Shown: positions 1-10,365, counted from the stretch's first letter. The stretch: 18,050 nt of DNA from Octopus sinensis (GCF_006345805.1 NW_021824905.1:1-18050), one strand, 5' to 3'. The notes: a model not told the origin generated them from the sequence alone. Made by a program: numbers and translations.

Positions 1-269
1 AGTCAGGACCACCCAGTCCCATCCTTTTGTAATTAGAAGAGACTGTAACATTCAATGTGTCATCCAGTTTTGAGACAATAGGGGTTAAATCAATGGGGAT
101 TTAGCTTCTATTTCTAGCAGATCGAGCGACCAGGTAGAAACTTCTATTGTTAACTGTACGTGGATATATTTTATATGTATATGAATGAATTTGTGTTTGT
201 GTTTCGTTGTGTGTGTTTATGTAAATGTTATGTGAATGCTGTGACTGTGCTGAGCATTTGATGGACGTG

Positions 270-973
270 AAGAGAGAGACAACGAAATAGAACAAGAGAG
301 GTAGGAGAGAAGAATAGAGAGAGAGGGGGAAAAGGAGAAGAAGAAGAGAGAGAGAGGGAGAGAGAGAAAGAGAGAGACAAAGAGAGATAAGGAGTGAAGT
401 ATAGAGAAAAACAGAGAAAAAAGTAAGAGCAAGAGAGAGAGAGAGAGAGAGAAGAGACAGCGAAATAGCGCAAGAGAGACAGAGACAGGAGAGAAGAATA
501 GAGAGAGAGAGAGACTACAAAATAGTTAGAAAGAGAAAGGGAGAAAGAGAGAGACAAAAAGAGACAGGGAGAGAAGTATAGAGAGAAGCAGAGATAAAAG
601 TAAGAGCGAGAGAGAGAGAGAGAGAGAGGAGAGAAGAATAGAGAGAGAGAAAAAGAGGGAGAGGGAGAGAGAGGAGTGAGAGAGAGAGAAAACGAAATGG
701 TAAGAAAGCAAGAGAGAGATAGATTGAAAGAAAACGAAATAAAAAGAAAGAGAAAGAGACAGAGAGAGGAGAGAGACAGAGAGACAGAAGGAGGGAGAGA
801 GAGAGATGGGGAGAGAGAATATATATATATATAGAGAACAAAATATTAAGAAAGAGCAAAAGAGATAGATAGATACATAGACAGACAGATAGAGACAGAG
901 AAAGAGGAGAAAGAGAGATAGATAGAGATAAAGAGACAGAGTGAGAGACAACAACATAATAAGAAAGAATAAG

Positions 974-1023
<50 letters not shown>

Positions 1024-1135
1024 AGAGAGAGATGGATAAAGACAGAAAGATAGAGAAATAGAGAGAGAGAGCAAGATAAAGAGCGAGCGAGAGAGAAATA
1101 TATATCTGTAGAGAGAGAAAGAGAGAGAGAGAAAT
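270..1135 (+). repeat. Polypurine (GA)n-rich low-complexity tract with a short (GATA)n block (about 975-1022)
   Basis: Almost pure A/G on the + strand; the anchor GAGAAGAATAGAGAGAGA recurs at 307, 491 and 631. Confidence 0.95.
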
Positions 1136-1347
1136 TGCATTTGGGTGTGTGTGTGTCAGTGTGTATGTCTCTCTCTGTGTATATGTGTGAAGAACATGGA
1201 TGTGTTTATGTTTGTCTGAGTGTATTTGTGTTGTGCATGTGTCTGTTGTATGCTTGCGCACCTGTGCGCATTTGCATGTCCCGCGCATACATGTAACTTA
1301 CCTTCATATTCAATCAATGTTATGCGCCGCCGCCGCGCCGCAAAAAT

Positions 1348-3150
1348 CCACCACCACCACCACCACCACCACCACCACCATCACTGCCACCGCCACCACC
1401 ACCACCATCACCAGCAACAACATCAGCATTACAACCACCACCACCACCACCACCACCACCACCACCACCACCACCACCATCGCCACTACCACCACCAATA
1501 CCACCATCACTACTACCACCACCCCTACATCCACCATCACTGCCACCGCCGCCACCACCATCGCCACCACCATCGCCACCACCACCAGCAACAACATCAG
1601 CATTACAACCACCATCACCACCACCACCACCACCACCACCACCACACCACCACCACCACCACCACCACCACCACCACCACCACCACCACTACCACCACCA
1701 CCACCACTGCTACGGCCGCCACTACCACCAGCAACATCAGCATTACCACCACCACCACCACCACCACCACCAAGAACATCTACCCCTATCCACCCTCACC
1801 TCGCCACCACTATTACTCTGATAGTCACCATTCCCAATGCACCTCAATCCATTAAAAGTAACACTATAACCTGCACCGTCACCATAAACACCACTACTAC
1901 CACCATTACTGTAACGATATTCAACATCACTACTGCCACAACTATCACTATTAAAACCAGCATTTCCACTACTACCACCGCCATCTTTACTACCACCGTC
2001 AAAACCATCACCCTATCTCAATTACCACCGTCTTTTCTAACACACATACACCCCACCATCGCCACAAGACCACCACCACTGCCATCACCACCACCACCAC
2101 CTCTTCCACCAGCGGCAGCAGCACCACCAGCGTCAGCAGCGGCACCAGCGTCACCACCAAGGTCACCATCAACATAAACCACCAGCACCGCCATCAATAA
2201 CACCACCGCCACCACCATCCACCACCACCACCACCACTACCACCACCACCACCGCCACCATCACCATCACCATCACCACCACCACCACCACTACCACAAC
2301 ACCACCACCACCACTACCACCACTACCACCACCACTACCACCACCACCACCACTAACCACAACCACACTGCTACGGCCGCCACTACACCACCCCGCAACA
2401 TCAGCATTACCACCACCACCACCACCACCACCACCAAGAACATCTACCCCTATCCACCCTCACCTCGCCACCACTATTACTCTGATAGTCACCATTCCCA
2501 ATGCACCTCAGCCATTAAAAGTAACACTATAACCTGCACCGTCACCATAAACACCACTACTACCAACACCATTACTGTAACGATATTCAACACACTACTG
2601 CCACAACTATCACTATTAAAACCAGCATTTCCACTACTACCACCGCCATCTTTACTACCACCGTCAAAACCATCACCCTATCTCAATTACCACCGTCTTT
2701 TCTAACACACATACACCCCACCATCGCCACAAGACCACCACCACTGCCATCACCACCACCACCACCACCTCTTCCACCAGCGGCAGCAGCACCACCAGCG
2801 TCAGAGCGGCACCAGCGTCACCACCAAGGTCACCATCACATAAACCACCAGCACCGCCATCAATACACCACCGCCACCACCATCCACCACCACCACCACC
2901 ACACCACACTACCACCACCACCACCACCATCCACCATCACCATCACCACCCACCCACACCCTCGTCCACCCCTTCACCACCACCACCACCACCCAACCAC
3001 CACAACCACAACCACCACCACCACAACCACAACCACCACAACCACCACCACCACCACACCACCACCACAACAACCACCACCAACACCACCACCACAACAC
3101 CACCACAACCACCAACCAACCACCACCACCACCCACCACCACCATAACTA
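1348..3150 (+). repeat. Degenerate (CAC/ACC)n trinucleotide array
   Basis: Long pure CAC runs with ACT/ATC/GCC variants; accounts for the poly-T/P/H and poly-V/W/G ORFs in the track. Confidence 0.95.
1706..2950 (+). repeat. Tandem duplication of about 660 bp inside the CAC array
   Basis: ACTGCTACGGCCGCC at 1706 and 2367; the complex text (AAGAACATCTACCCCTATCC ... AAGGTCACCATC) repeats with an offset of 661-667. Confidence 0.95.
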
Positions 3151-3266
3151 CAACCCTTCAAATTCATTCACAACGCCCTGACTCAAACACTTTCAGCTTC
3201 TACATTGCTAAATGTGCCCTTAACTGTCCATCACTGCCACCATCACAACCACAGCCACCACCACCA

Positions 3267-3318
3267 GCAACAACAACAGCAATACAACAACAACAACAAC
3301 AACACAACAACAACAACA
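3267..3318 (+). repeat. (CAA)n microsatellite
   Basis: Direct reading of interrupted CAA repeats. Confidence 0.9.
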
Positions 3319-3705
3319 GAAGCAAAACAACTAAAGGAACACAACAACAAGAGCAGCAGCAATTATAAACAAATCCCCAACCCTGAAAAGGTAAAAAAGA
3401 AAAAAAAAGAAGAAAAAGAAAAAAAAGAAAAACAAAAAAATTAGTGGGGGAAAAAAGAAAAAAAAGAATCCGCCAATCCGGATAAGATTTGTTGCGGAAA
3501 CAAATCGCAAAGCTCACCGGTTTCACTAGCAGTGTGGAAAAAAATAAATCAATGAGACTTAATGATATTTCAGCGAAATCCACCGAGACTTGGCGAAGTC
3601 TATTCGGTATTTCCCGCCTGTCAGTGTCGTTGACCAGTCAATGACATATAGGTTGGAAAAGGAAAACAACAGAAAGGTTTAAGCCGAGAAAATGCAAAAA
3701 AAGGG

Positions 3706-3791
3706 CATACATACATACATACATACATACATACATACATACATACATACATACATACATACATGCATACATGCATGCATACATACATACA

Positions 3792-3823
<32 letters not shown>

Positions 3824-4205
3824 AATGTATATAAATACACACACACATATATATATATATGTGTGTGTGTGTGCACATATGTATACACGGATACACACGC
3901 ACACATATATACATACATACATGAAAGCATATACCAATAAATCTAAATAAGTATATGTGTGTGTGTGAGTGTATGAGAAGAATACATGCATACATACATA
4001 CATACATACATACACACACACATATACATATATGCATGTATTTATGTATGCATACTTAAGAATATATACACTGACAACACACACATGTCATATATATATA
4101 ATATATTTTATAATAATATAGTTAATATTAAATATTGACTACATATATCTATCTACCTATATTTGTATATGTCTGTATGTATATATATATAGATACACGG
4201 AATCA

Positions 4206-4240
<35 letters not shown>

Positions 4241-4361
4241 GTATATATATATATGTATGTATATGTATATATATATATATATGTATGTTATATATATATA
4301 TATATATAATATATATGTATGTATATATATATATGTATGTATGTATATATATATATGTATA

Positions 4362-4411
<50 letters not shown>

Positions 4412-4417
4412 GTAATA

Positions 4418-4512
<95 letters not shown>

Positions 4513-4519
4513 ATATATG

Positions 4520-4556
<37 letters not shown>

Positions 4557-4606
4557 GTATTATATATTATTATATATGTATATATATATATATATATATG
4601 TATATA

Positions 4607-4664
<58 letters not shown>

Positions 4665-4665
4665 G
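3706..4665 (+). repeat. Compound (TACA)n / (TA)n / (TATG) microsatellite
   Basis: (CATA)n at 3706-3820, then mixed CA/TA, then a long interrupted (TA)n tract from about 4090 to 4665. Confidence 0.95.
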
Positions 4666-4789
4666 TAGCTGTTCGGGGATGCAGATCTTCAAATGCAATA
4701 AATTAAATAGTTCACTAAAATATCGCGGGCTTTCATTTGGAGCACATCTCGTAGTTATAGTGGAAAAGACGAAAGAATGAAAGAAATGA

Positions 4790-4939
4790 ATAAGAGGATG
4801 TAAGGAAAAAATAATCGACGATGTTAGGAGAAAATAATGGAGGAGAAAAGAAAGATGATGAAAAAGAAAGTAGCCGAGAAGAAGAAGAAGAAGAAAAAGA
4901 AGAGAAGAAGAAGAAGAAGAAGAAGAAGAAGAAGAAACA

Positions 4940-4978
<39 letters not shown>

Positions 4979-5330
4979 GAAGAAGAAGAAGAAGAAGAAG
5001 AATGAGAAGAAACAGGAGGAGGAAAAAGAAGAAAAAAGAAGGCGAAAAGGAAAGGAGGAGGAATGAGAAGAAAGAAAAAGGAAAAAGGAGAAAGAAGGAA
5101 AGTAAAGTGAGGAAGTAAGAAAGCAGAAGAAGGAAGAAAAAGCAGATTAAGAAAAGAAGGAAAAGAAGAAAAAAAGAAAGAGTAAGAAAAAGAAAAGTAG
5201 AGGAAGAAGAGAAAGAGGAAATGAGAGGGAAGTAGAAGAAGAAAAAAGATTAAGAAGGCAAAAGAAAGGAAAAAGGAAAATAAGAAAGAATAGGAGGAAG
5301 AAGAAGATGCCGAGAAAATAAGAGAATAAT
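4790..5330 (+). repeat. Polypurine tract with (GAA)n and an embedded (AAT)12
   Basis: GAA runs at 4878-4935 and 4977-5000, (AAT)12 at 4941-4976, A/G-rich remainder. Confidence 0.95.
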
Positions 5331-5881
5331 GGTAGCAGCTGAAGAAACGGCAGATGAATGAGGATTAGACGAAAGAAGAAATTTGATTTGACTGTTATTA
5401 TTTAACGCCAGATCAGCTTTTGTTGAACACATTCTTCGATCAATTGCGTTCCATCCACGCCAATCTGATTCTTTTGTCCATTAATGAGTATCAAATATTA
5501 CTATTACCGAAGTCCTTCTCTTTCCTAGACTATAAATACGATGAAGAATTGGTTGCTATTTCAAACAGATCATGAAATGACGGAAGCCTCTTTGCTGTTT
5601 CCACATGAAGTTAGAGGATAGAATGGCGACAAAAAAATAATAATAAAGGATGAAAAAAAAAAGGTGGGAGAAAAGAATGAGATAAAATACAAGGGAAAAG
5701 AAATAACAATGGTTGACACTAGAGGACATGTGAAGATAACTTTACGTAGGAAACGTTATATAGATGAACATAAAAAAGATTGAAAAGAAGTGTCGAAACT
5801 GTACTGGTGTTTGGTTACCCTGTAGCGTTCACCTGTACCAAGGAATGAAGTTACGGGCATTCGTACTTTTTTACAGTCATT

Positions 5882-6094
5882 AATATTGATTTCAAATTTT
5901 GGCATAAGGCCAGCCATTTCTAGGGTGGGGTGAGGTCAGTTACATCAACCCCAGTGCTCAATTATTTGATCAACCCCGAAAGGTTGAAAGGGAAAGTGGA
6001 CCTCGCGGGTATTTGAACTCAGAACGTAAAGTCAGGCGAAATGCTGCCAAGCATTTTTCACCGCGTGCTAACGATTCTGCCAGCTCGCCAGCTT
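5882..6094 (-). mobile_element. Old tRNA-derived SINE, near full length (head type GGCGAGCTGGCAGAATCGTTAG; tail GGCCTTATGCCAAAATTTG)
   Basis: Aligns by eye to the young copies at 10901-11130 and 11660-12058 across head, B box (GAGTTCAAAT) and GGGGTYGAT modules. Confidence 0.9.
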
Positions 6095-6105
6095 AATAAG
6101 CCATC

Positions 6106-6255
6106 AATATTGGTTTTAAATATTGGCATAAGGCCAGTAGTTTCGGAGAAAGGGATAAACCGATTATGTCAACCCTAAAAGAACGAAAGGCAAAGTGGAC
6201 CTCGCCGGAATTTGAACTCAGAACGTAAAGACAGATGAAATGGCGCTATGCATTT
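6106..6255 (-). mobile_element. SINE of the same family, lacking the 5' end and with an internal deletion of about 32 bp
   Basis: Same tail as 5882-6094 plus GAAAGGCAAAGTGGACCTCGCCGGAATTTGAACTCAGAACG; only one of the two TCGACCCC modules is present. Confidence 0.88.
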
Positions 6256-6324
6256 ACTTAAGCCCTACTCCTTTTTTTACGGTGTATAAGTAACTAATTG
6301 GAACGCTACTCCGTAGCAAGGATC

Positions 6325-6386
6325 AAAGCCAGTCATTATGAGTGGAGGTGGGGTGGGTAGTGGCGATTACATCAGCCCAAGTACTT
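6325..6386 (-). mobile_element. Decayed SINE 3' fragment
   Basis: AAAGCCAGTC...GGGGTGGGTAGTGGCGATTACATCAGCCCAAGTACT resembles the tail module of 5882-6094. Confidence 0.55.
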
Positions 6387-6399
6387 GGCTAGCAGTGAA

Positions 6400-6658
6400 T
6401 GCGTCGTAGCTTAGTGGTTAAGTGTATTTGGCTTACGATCGTAAGGTCGTGAGTTCAATTCACGGCAGCGCTTTGTTCCTTGAGCAGGATACTTTATTTC
6501 CCGTTGTTTCAGCTCGCTCAGCTGGCAAAAATGAGTTGTATCCCTTTCAGAGTTGATGAAATAGATACTAGTTGAGCAATGGAGGGGGGTCCATTTGAAT
6601 AGACTTAACCTCTTCCCTAAAATTTGCTGGCTTTGTGCCAACATTCGAAACCAACATT
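6400..6658 (+). mobile_element. tRNA-headed CORE-type SINE ending in the GGCTTTGTGCCAA tail module
   Basis: A box TAGCTTAGTGG 6407-6417; B box GAGTTCAATTC 6451-6461; CORE-like TTCCTTGAGCAGGATACTT...CTCAGCTGGCAAAAATGAG 6473-6535; tail shared with 5882-6094. Confidence 0.8.
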
Positions 6659-6764
6659 AGAAACCAGTGCTTCTTTAAAAACAAAAAACAAAAAACGTCG
6701 ATGGAGTGTCGCAATCGTGAAATAATTGGAGAAAAATAACTTCCAATACTGAGTTACACTCTTA

Positions 6765-6835
6765 AGCTGTGAGTTTAAATCCCATCGCAGTCATATTTGT
6801 TTCTATATTTCTGGGTTCGATAAAATACGGTAAAT
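6765..6835 (+). mobile_element. Highly decayed SINE fragment
   Basis: GAGTTTAAATCCC...GGGTTCGATAAAATA weakly matches GAGTTCAAATTCC...GGGGTCGATAAAAT. Confidence 0.4.
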
Positions 6836-6940
6836 TGTCTTAAATATGAACACATGCCCTGTTTCACATCTTAAACCCTTAATCTGTTTAACCAACTGAA
6901 TACAGACGTTCCTGCAGAAATCAAGCACAAGATCACATGA

Positions 6941-7160
6941 TTAACAGAGACGATTGCGTATGGAGCAGAAATAACTTCTACCGCGCCAGGCCACACAAAG
7001 ACACGCCAACCAACTGAGCTGAAGAACAACATAGGCTTGGTGAAGGGCAAATTCAAGCAGCGTTATTCCAGCCATACTACATCTTTTAGGTGCGTCAGTA
7101 AGAGAATCACAACCACACTGCCCAACATGTGAAAGCTGAAATGTGAAGTCTTTTGCATTA
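6941..7160 (+). pseudogene. Penelope-like element (PLE) GIY-YIG endonuclease remnant
   Basis: 63 open codons at 6941-7129: LTETIAYGAEITST...KNNIGLVKGKFKQRYSSHTTSFR...TTLPNM*KLK. This matches the recalled PLE pattern CL...VY.A.IT...YIG...FK.RY..H..SFR...T.LS..W.LK. The upstream TGA sits where a Cys is expected. Confidence 0.72.
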
Positions 7161-7466
7161 GTTTTTTTTGTTCCTTCTCGAACCACGCCTGGCTTATAAG
7201 GGCCGGTTTCCCGGTTTCTTGGCGTATAGGTTCCTCACCTGAATGGGACGCCAGTCCGTCGCAGGTGAGCTGCAAGATGCAGGAGGAAAGAGTGAGAGAA
7301 AGTTGTGGCGAAAGAGTCAGCAGAAGTTCGCCATTACCTTCTGCCGGAGACGCGTGGAGCTTAGGTGTTTCGCTCATAAACACACACATCACTTAGTCTG
7401 AGATTCGAACCCGCGATCCATCGACCACGAGTCCGCTGCTCTAACCGCTAGGCCATGTGCCTCCAC
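7161..7466 (-). mobile_element. Full-length tRNA-derived SINE with a V/Meta-domain-like central motif, A-rich tail and TSD
   Basis: A box (rc TGGCCTAGCGG 7445-7455); B box (rc GGTTCGAATC 7402-7411); rc CCTGCGACGGACTGGCGTCCCATTC 7241-7265; T run at 7162-7169; TSD T(T/C)TGCATTA at 7152-7160 and 7467-7475. Confidence 0.88.
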
Positions 7467-7721
7467 TCTGCATTAATAATGTCTTATAATTTCAACACAA
7501 GCCATTAAATGTACAAAGAATCTATCTGTGCAGTTGACTGACCTCAATACATAGTTGGCGCTTATTTACATCAGTCCAAAGGGCATGAAAGGCAAAGGAT
7601 AGACTCTGTCCTCTTCGGTGTCATTATTTGAATATAGAATACAGGAGAATGGTATATATTTAGCCAGATACTAGCACCGGAATTCTATCAAAACTATCAC
7701 TCTCTCGTCCAAACATCTCTT

Positions 7722-7873
7722 TTATTTTTTACTTGTTTCAGTTATTGGACTGTGGCCATGCTGGGCTATTGCCTTGAACGGTTTTAGTCAAATAAATCGA
7801 CCCCAGCATTTATTTCTTGTCTGGTACTTATTCTATCGGTCTCTTTGGCCGAAGCAGCTAGGTTACGGGAAGG
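7722..7873 (-). mobile_element. 3' half of a SINE with CAGCATGGCC...ACTGAAACAAGTAAAA tail
   Basis: Reverse complement aligns to 12348-12548 and 16386-16446. Confidence 0.85.
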
Positions 7874-8017
7874 TATTTCAGCAGACTCAAAAGTACCACC
7901 CATAAAAGTGTCGCTTTGGACCGGGCTGCCTCGGACCAATCCCTCACCCACCGTCTAGCCGTGTTACTGTAACTGAGTGAATTGTACTCTTAAGGGCCAG
8001 GTGGTAAAGGTAAGCCG

Positions 8018-8470
8018 TGTCACAGACGAAGCCCACTCCAGAACAGGGACGGCTCATCCTAAAACGGTGGGGTTCACCAGATATGAAGGCAGAATATTTT
8101 AGGTGGTTCACAGAAGAAACAAAAGTTCGTGTGAAGTTTCAAATGAAAAATATTTATTATAGTTAACATTAAAAAATGTCGCAACGAACGACAGAAAAAA
8201 AGAAGATATTTACAAGTGAGTCAGTTGATACATGTTCGTGAGAGATGCGCATGTCAACAATGATGGTAGACTGTAGTAGTCGCTGCATTCCGTAGTCGAA
8301 ACTGAGTGGTGTAAGTTACTGCAGTCGTTGGTCTTGGTTGTATCATGGCGATAAACTGGGTAGCAGGTGTTTCATCTTATATAGCCAAGATCTGGCGAGG
8401 AAAAGGTTCCAAAGACGAAATCATTAATGAAATTTCATTGTTATTTACCCAAAAATGTTTGTTTACAACA
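8018..8470 (-). mobile_element. Possible solo LTR-like segment
   Basis: The minus strand starts TGTTGT and ends TGTGACA, with CTATATAAG (8376-8384) followed by AATAAA (8153-8158). No TSD found. Confidence 0.3.
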
Positions 8471-8699
8471 ACTGGGATTTTAATGACTTGAACATCTTTT
8501 GGTTCTGTTTTCGCTGGTCCTACTAGGTACTGATAAAAAAACGAATTCTTATTGTGTTTGTCGGAGACTTGGATGGGTCGGTCGCTTGCTGACGTCATCA
8601 ATCCTTGACAGTATACTATTTGTTGTTTTTTTATTTTTACGTTTGAACTCAGTGATTCGAGTTCGATTCCTAGGCAGTGATTTGCTATATATTCCAACA

Positions 8700-8845
8700 A
8701 ACTTCCATGCACTTGAATCTACTAAATTTCATCGACAAGGTTTTGGTTGACTCGAAGCTACTGTAAAAGACAATAGTTTCGGAAAGTATGATTTAAACCT
8801 GGAAATCATGTACAAGTGGAGTGAATTTCTCAACCACAGGTCTAT
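8700..8845 (-). mobile_element. Decayed 5' half of a tRNA-derived SINE
   Basis: ACTAAATTTCATCGACAAGGTTTTGGTTGACTCGAAGCTA...AAACCTGGAAATCATG...AACCACAG resembles, from recollection, the reverse of an octopus SINE head and body. There is no in-window copy to compare. Confidence 0.5.
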
Positions 8846-9145
8846 TATGCGCCCTTAAACTTTGATGCGGTAGGTTGAGCAAATTTTAAAAAAAGTCAAT
8901 ATTACATACCAGTTAGCTTCAATAAAAAAATATTTCTAAAGCTGTGATTTATTATAATTGTCTATCAAACTAGTTTTTACAAAGTCATATATTCTATACA
9001 ATTTTTTAATATGCTTATTTAAATTTTTACTTGTTTATTATTATATATACTTTCTTTAGCGTATTCCGGAGTCCCCTCCTTCTTTCTAATTCATTTACTC
9101 TTTCTATGTACATTTCTTACATGCCCTCACATCACCTAGTGTGTG

Positions 9146-9160
9146 TCTATCTATTTATTC

Positions 9161-9199
<39 letters not shown>

Positions 9200-9291
9200 A
9201 GTCTGTCTGTCTGTCTCTCTCTCGCTCTCTACGTACGTACGTACCTATCTATCTATCTGCTTGTCTGTCTGTCTGTCTCTTTCTCTCTACG

Positions 9292-9380
<89 letters not shown>

Positions 9381-9502
9381 GTCTGTCTGTCTGTTTGTCT
9401 TTCTCTCTCTCTACGTACGTACGTACCTACCTACCTACCAACCTACCTACCAACCTACCTACCTACCTAACTACCTACCTACCTACCTATCTACCTACCT
9501 AC

Positions 9503-9572
<70 letters not shown>

Positions 9573-9580
9573 GTCTGTCA
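9146..9580 (+). repeat. Compound tetranucleotide satellite (TATC/TGTC/TC/TACG/TACC)
   Basis: Direct reading; motif order recurs three times. Confidence 0.95.
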
Positions 9581-9985
9581 GTCTACTCTTCCCTCTCACT
9601 CTCTGCCTATGTTTTTCCTTCTAAATATCCAAGGCTGAACAGACAGCGGCCAGGAAGGATATAAAATATGAAGAAAGGAACACATCAAGAAAAAATAAAT
9701 AAACAAAATAAAATAAATAAAGGATGACTCCCGTCTCCTACCTACTTCCCCACTCTCTTTTGTTTTTCTATAAAACCATTGTTCTGTTTACTTTTCCCCG
9801 CCGCCGCCCTCTCTCTCTCTGTATGTTTTTCGTGGCGAGTTTATAACTCTTTTCCTCCTCCTCTCTCTCCTCCTCCTCCAGTCTACAGCAACATGTGTAC
9901 AATGATGCATACGAGAGTGATAAATTTCTCAGAATGAATGAATGAATGAATGCCAGTCAGATTGTAGACAGACATGTATACACAG

Positions 9986-9988
<3 letters not shown>

Positions 9989-10051
<63 letters not shown>

Positions 10052-10090
10052 TTATATATCTATACATGTATGTAAGTGTGTGTCTGTACG

Positions 10091-10128
<38 letters not shown>

Positions 10129-10132
10129 TGTG
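9989..10132. repeat. (CA)31 followed by an opposing (TG)n tract
   Basis: (CA)31 at 9989-10050; interrupted (TG)n at 10095-10132. Confidence 0.95.
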
Positions 10133-10365
10133 TTTTACAAACATATAGATCATCATAAGCGCAATATTTTAAACCACTCTGAGAGACAATCGAATGAGCA
10201 TGCGCATTTTCCAACAACGATTTTTTAAAGAAACCAACGAACCGAAACCATCTTTTTATATACATGCACACAGACACACAGACACACAGACACAAATACA
10301 TAATACATGAACTCATGCATACATACATATATAAATACATACGTACATGCATGCATATATGTGCT

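Noticed and set aside
1-160. Possible 3' fragment of another interspersed repeat
   Set aside because: Only a vague recollected resemblance and no in-window copy, so it is not supportable as a feature.
217-1288. Leu/Ser-rich minus-strand ORFs resembling membrane proteins
   Set aside because: Translations of (TC)n/(TATC)n repeats.
1200-2177. 325-aa Thr/Pro-rich 'mucin/extensin-like' ORF and overlapping poly-His/poly-Val ORFs
   Set aside because: CAC-type repeats lack stops in most frames. The frame drifts T to P with repeat phase, there is no signal peptide or domain, and the duplicate copy is frameshifted.
3200-3583. ORF starting MDFAEISLSLIDLFF...
   Set aside because: No recognisable domain; runs into poly-T and CAA-derived sequence; no clear splice structure.
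3621-4780. YVCM, YI and HTYI ORFs
   Set aside because: Translations of (TACA)n/(TA)n microsatellites. The same applies at 9031-10677, 13663-14070, 15261-16365 and 17410-17644.
6400-6470. tRNA-like folds here and at 7395-7466 and 15543-15610
   Set aside because: They are SINE heads followed by SINE bodies, with no proper acceptor stem, so they are not tRNA genes.
8021-8052. Minus-strand VPVLEWASSV resembling the LINE motif RP.LEYAS.VW
   Set aside because: Preceded by an in-frame stop and the flanking residues do not extend the similarity.
8642-8680. B-box-like GAGTTCGATTCC with a GAACTC/GAGTTC dyad
   Set aside because: Too short to call. Probably SINE-head debris, with no A box or body evident.
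8377-8750. Two opposing ORFs of 111 and 83 aa
   Set aside because: No motif similarity recognised; they overlap SINE-like debris; length is compatible with chance.
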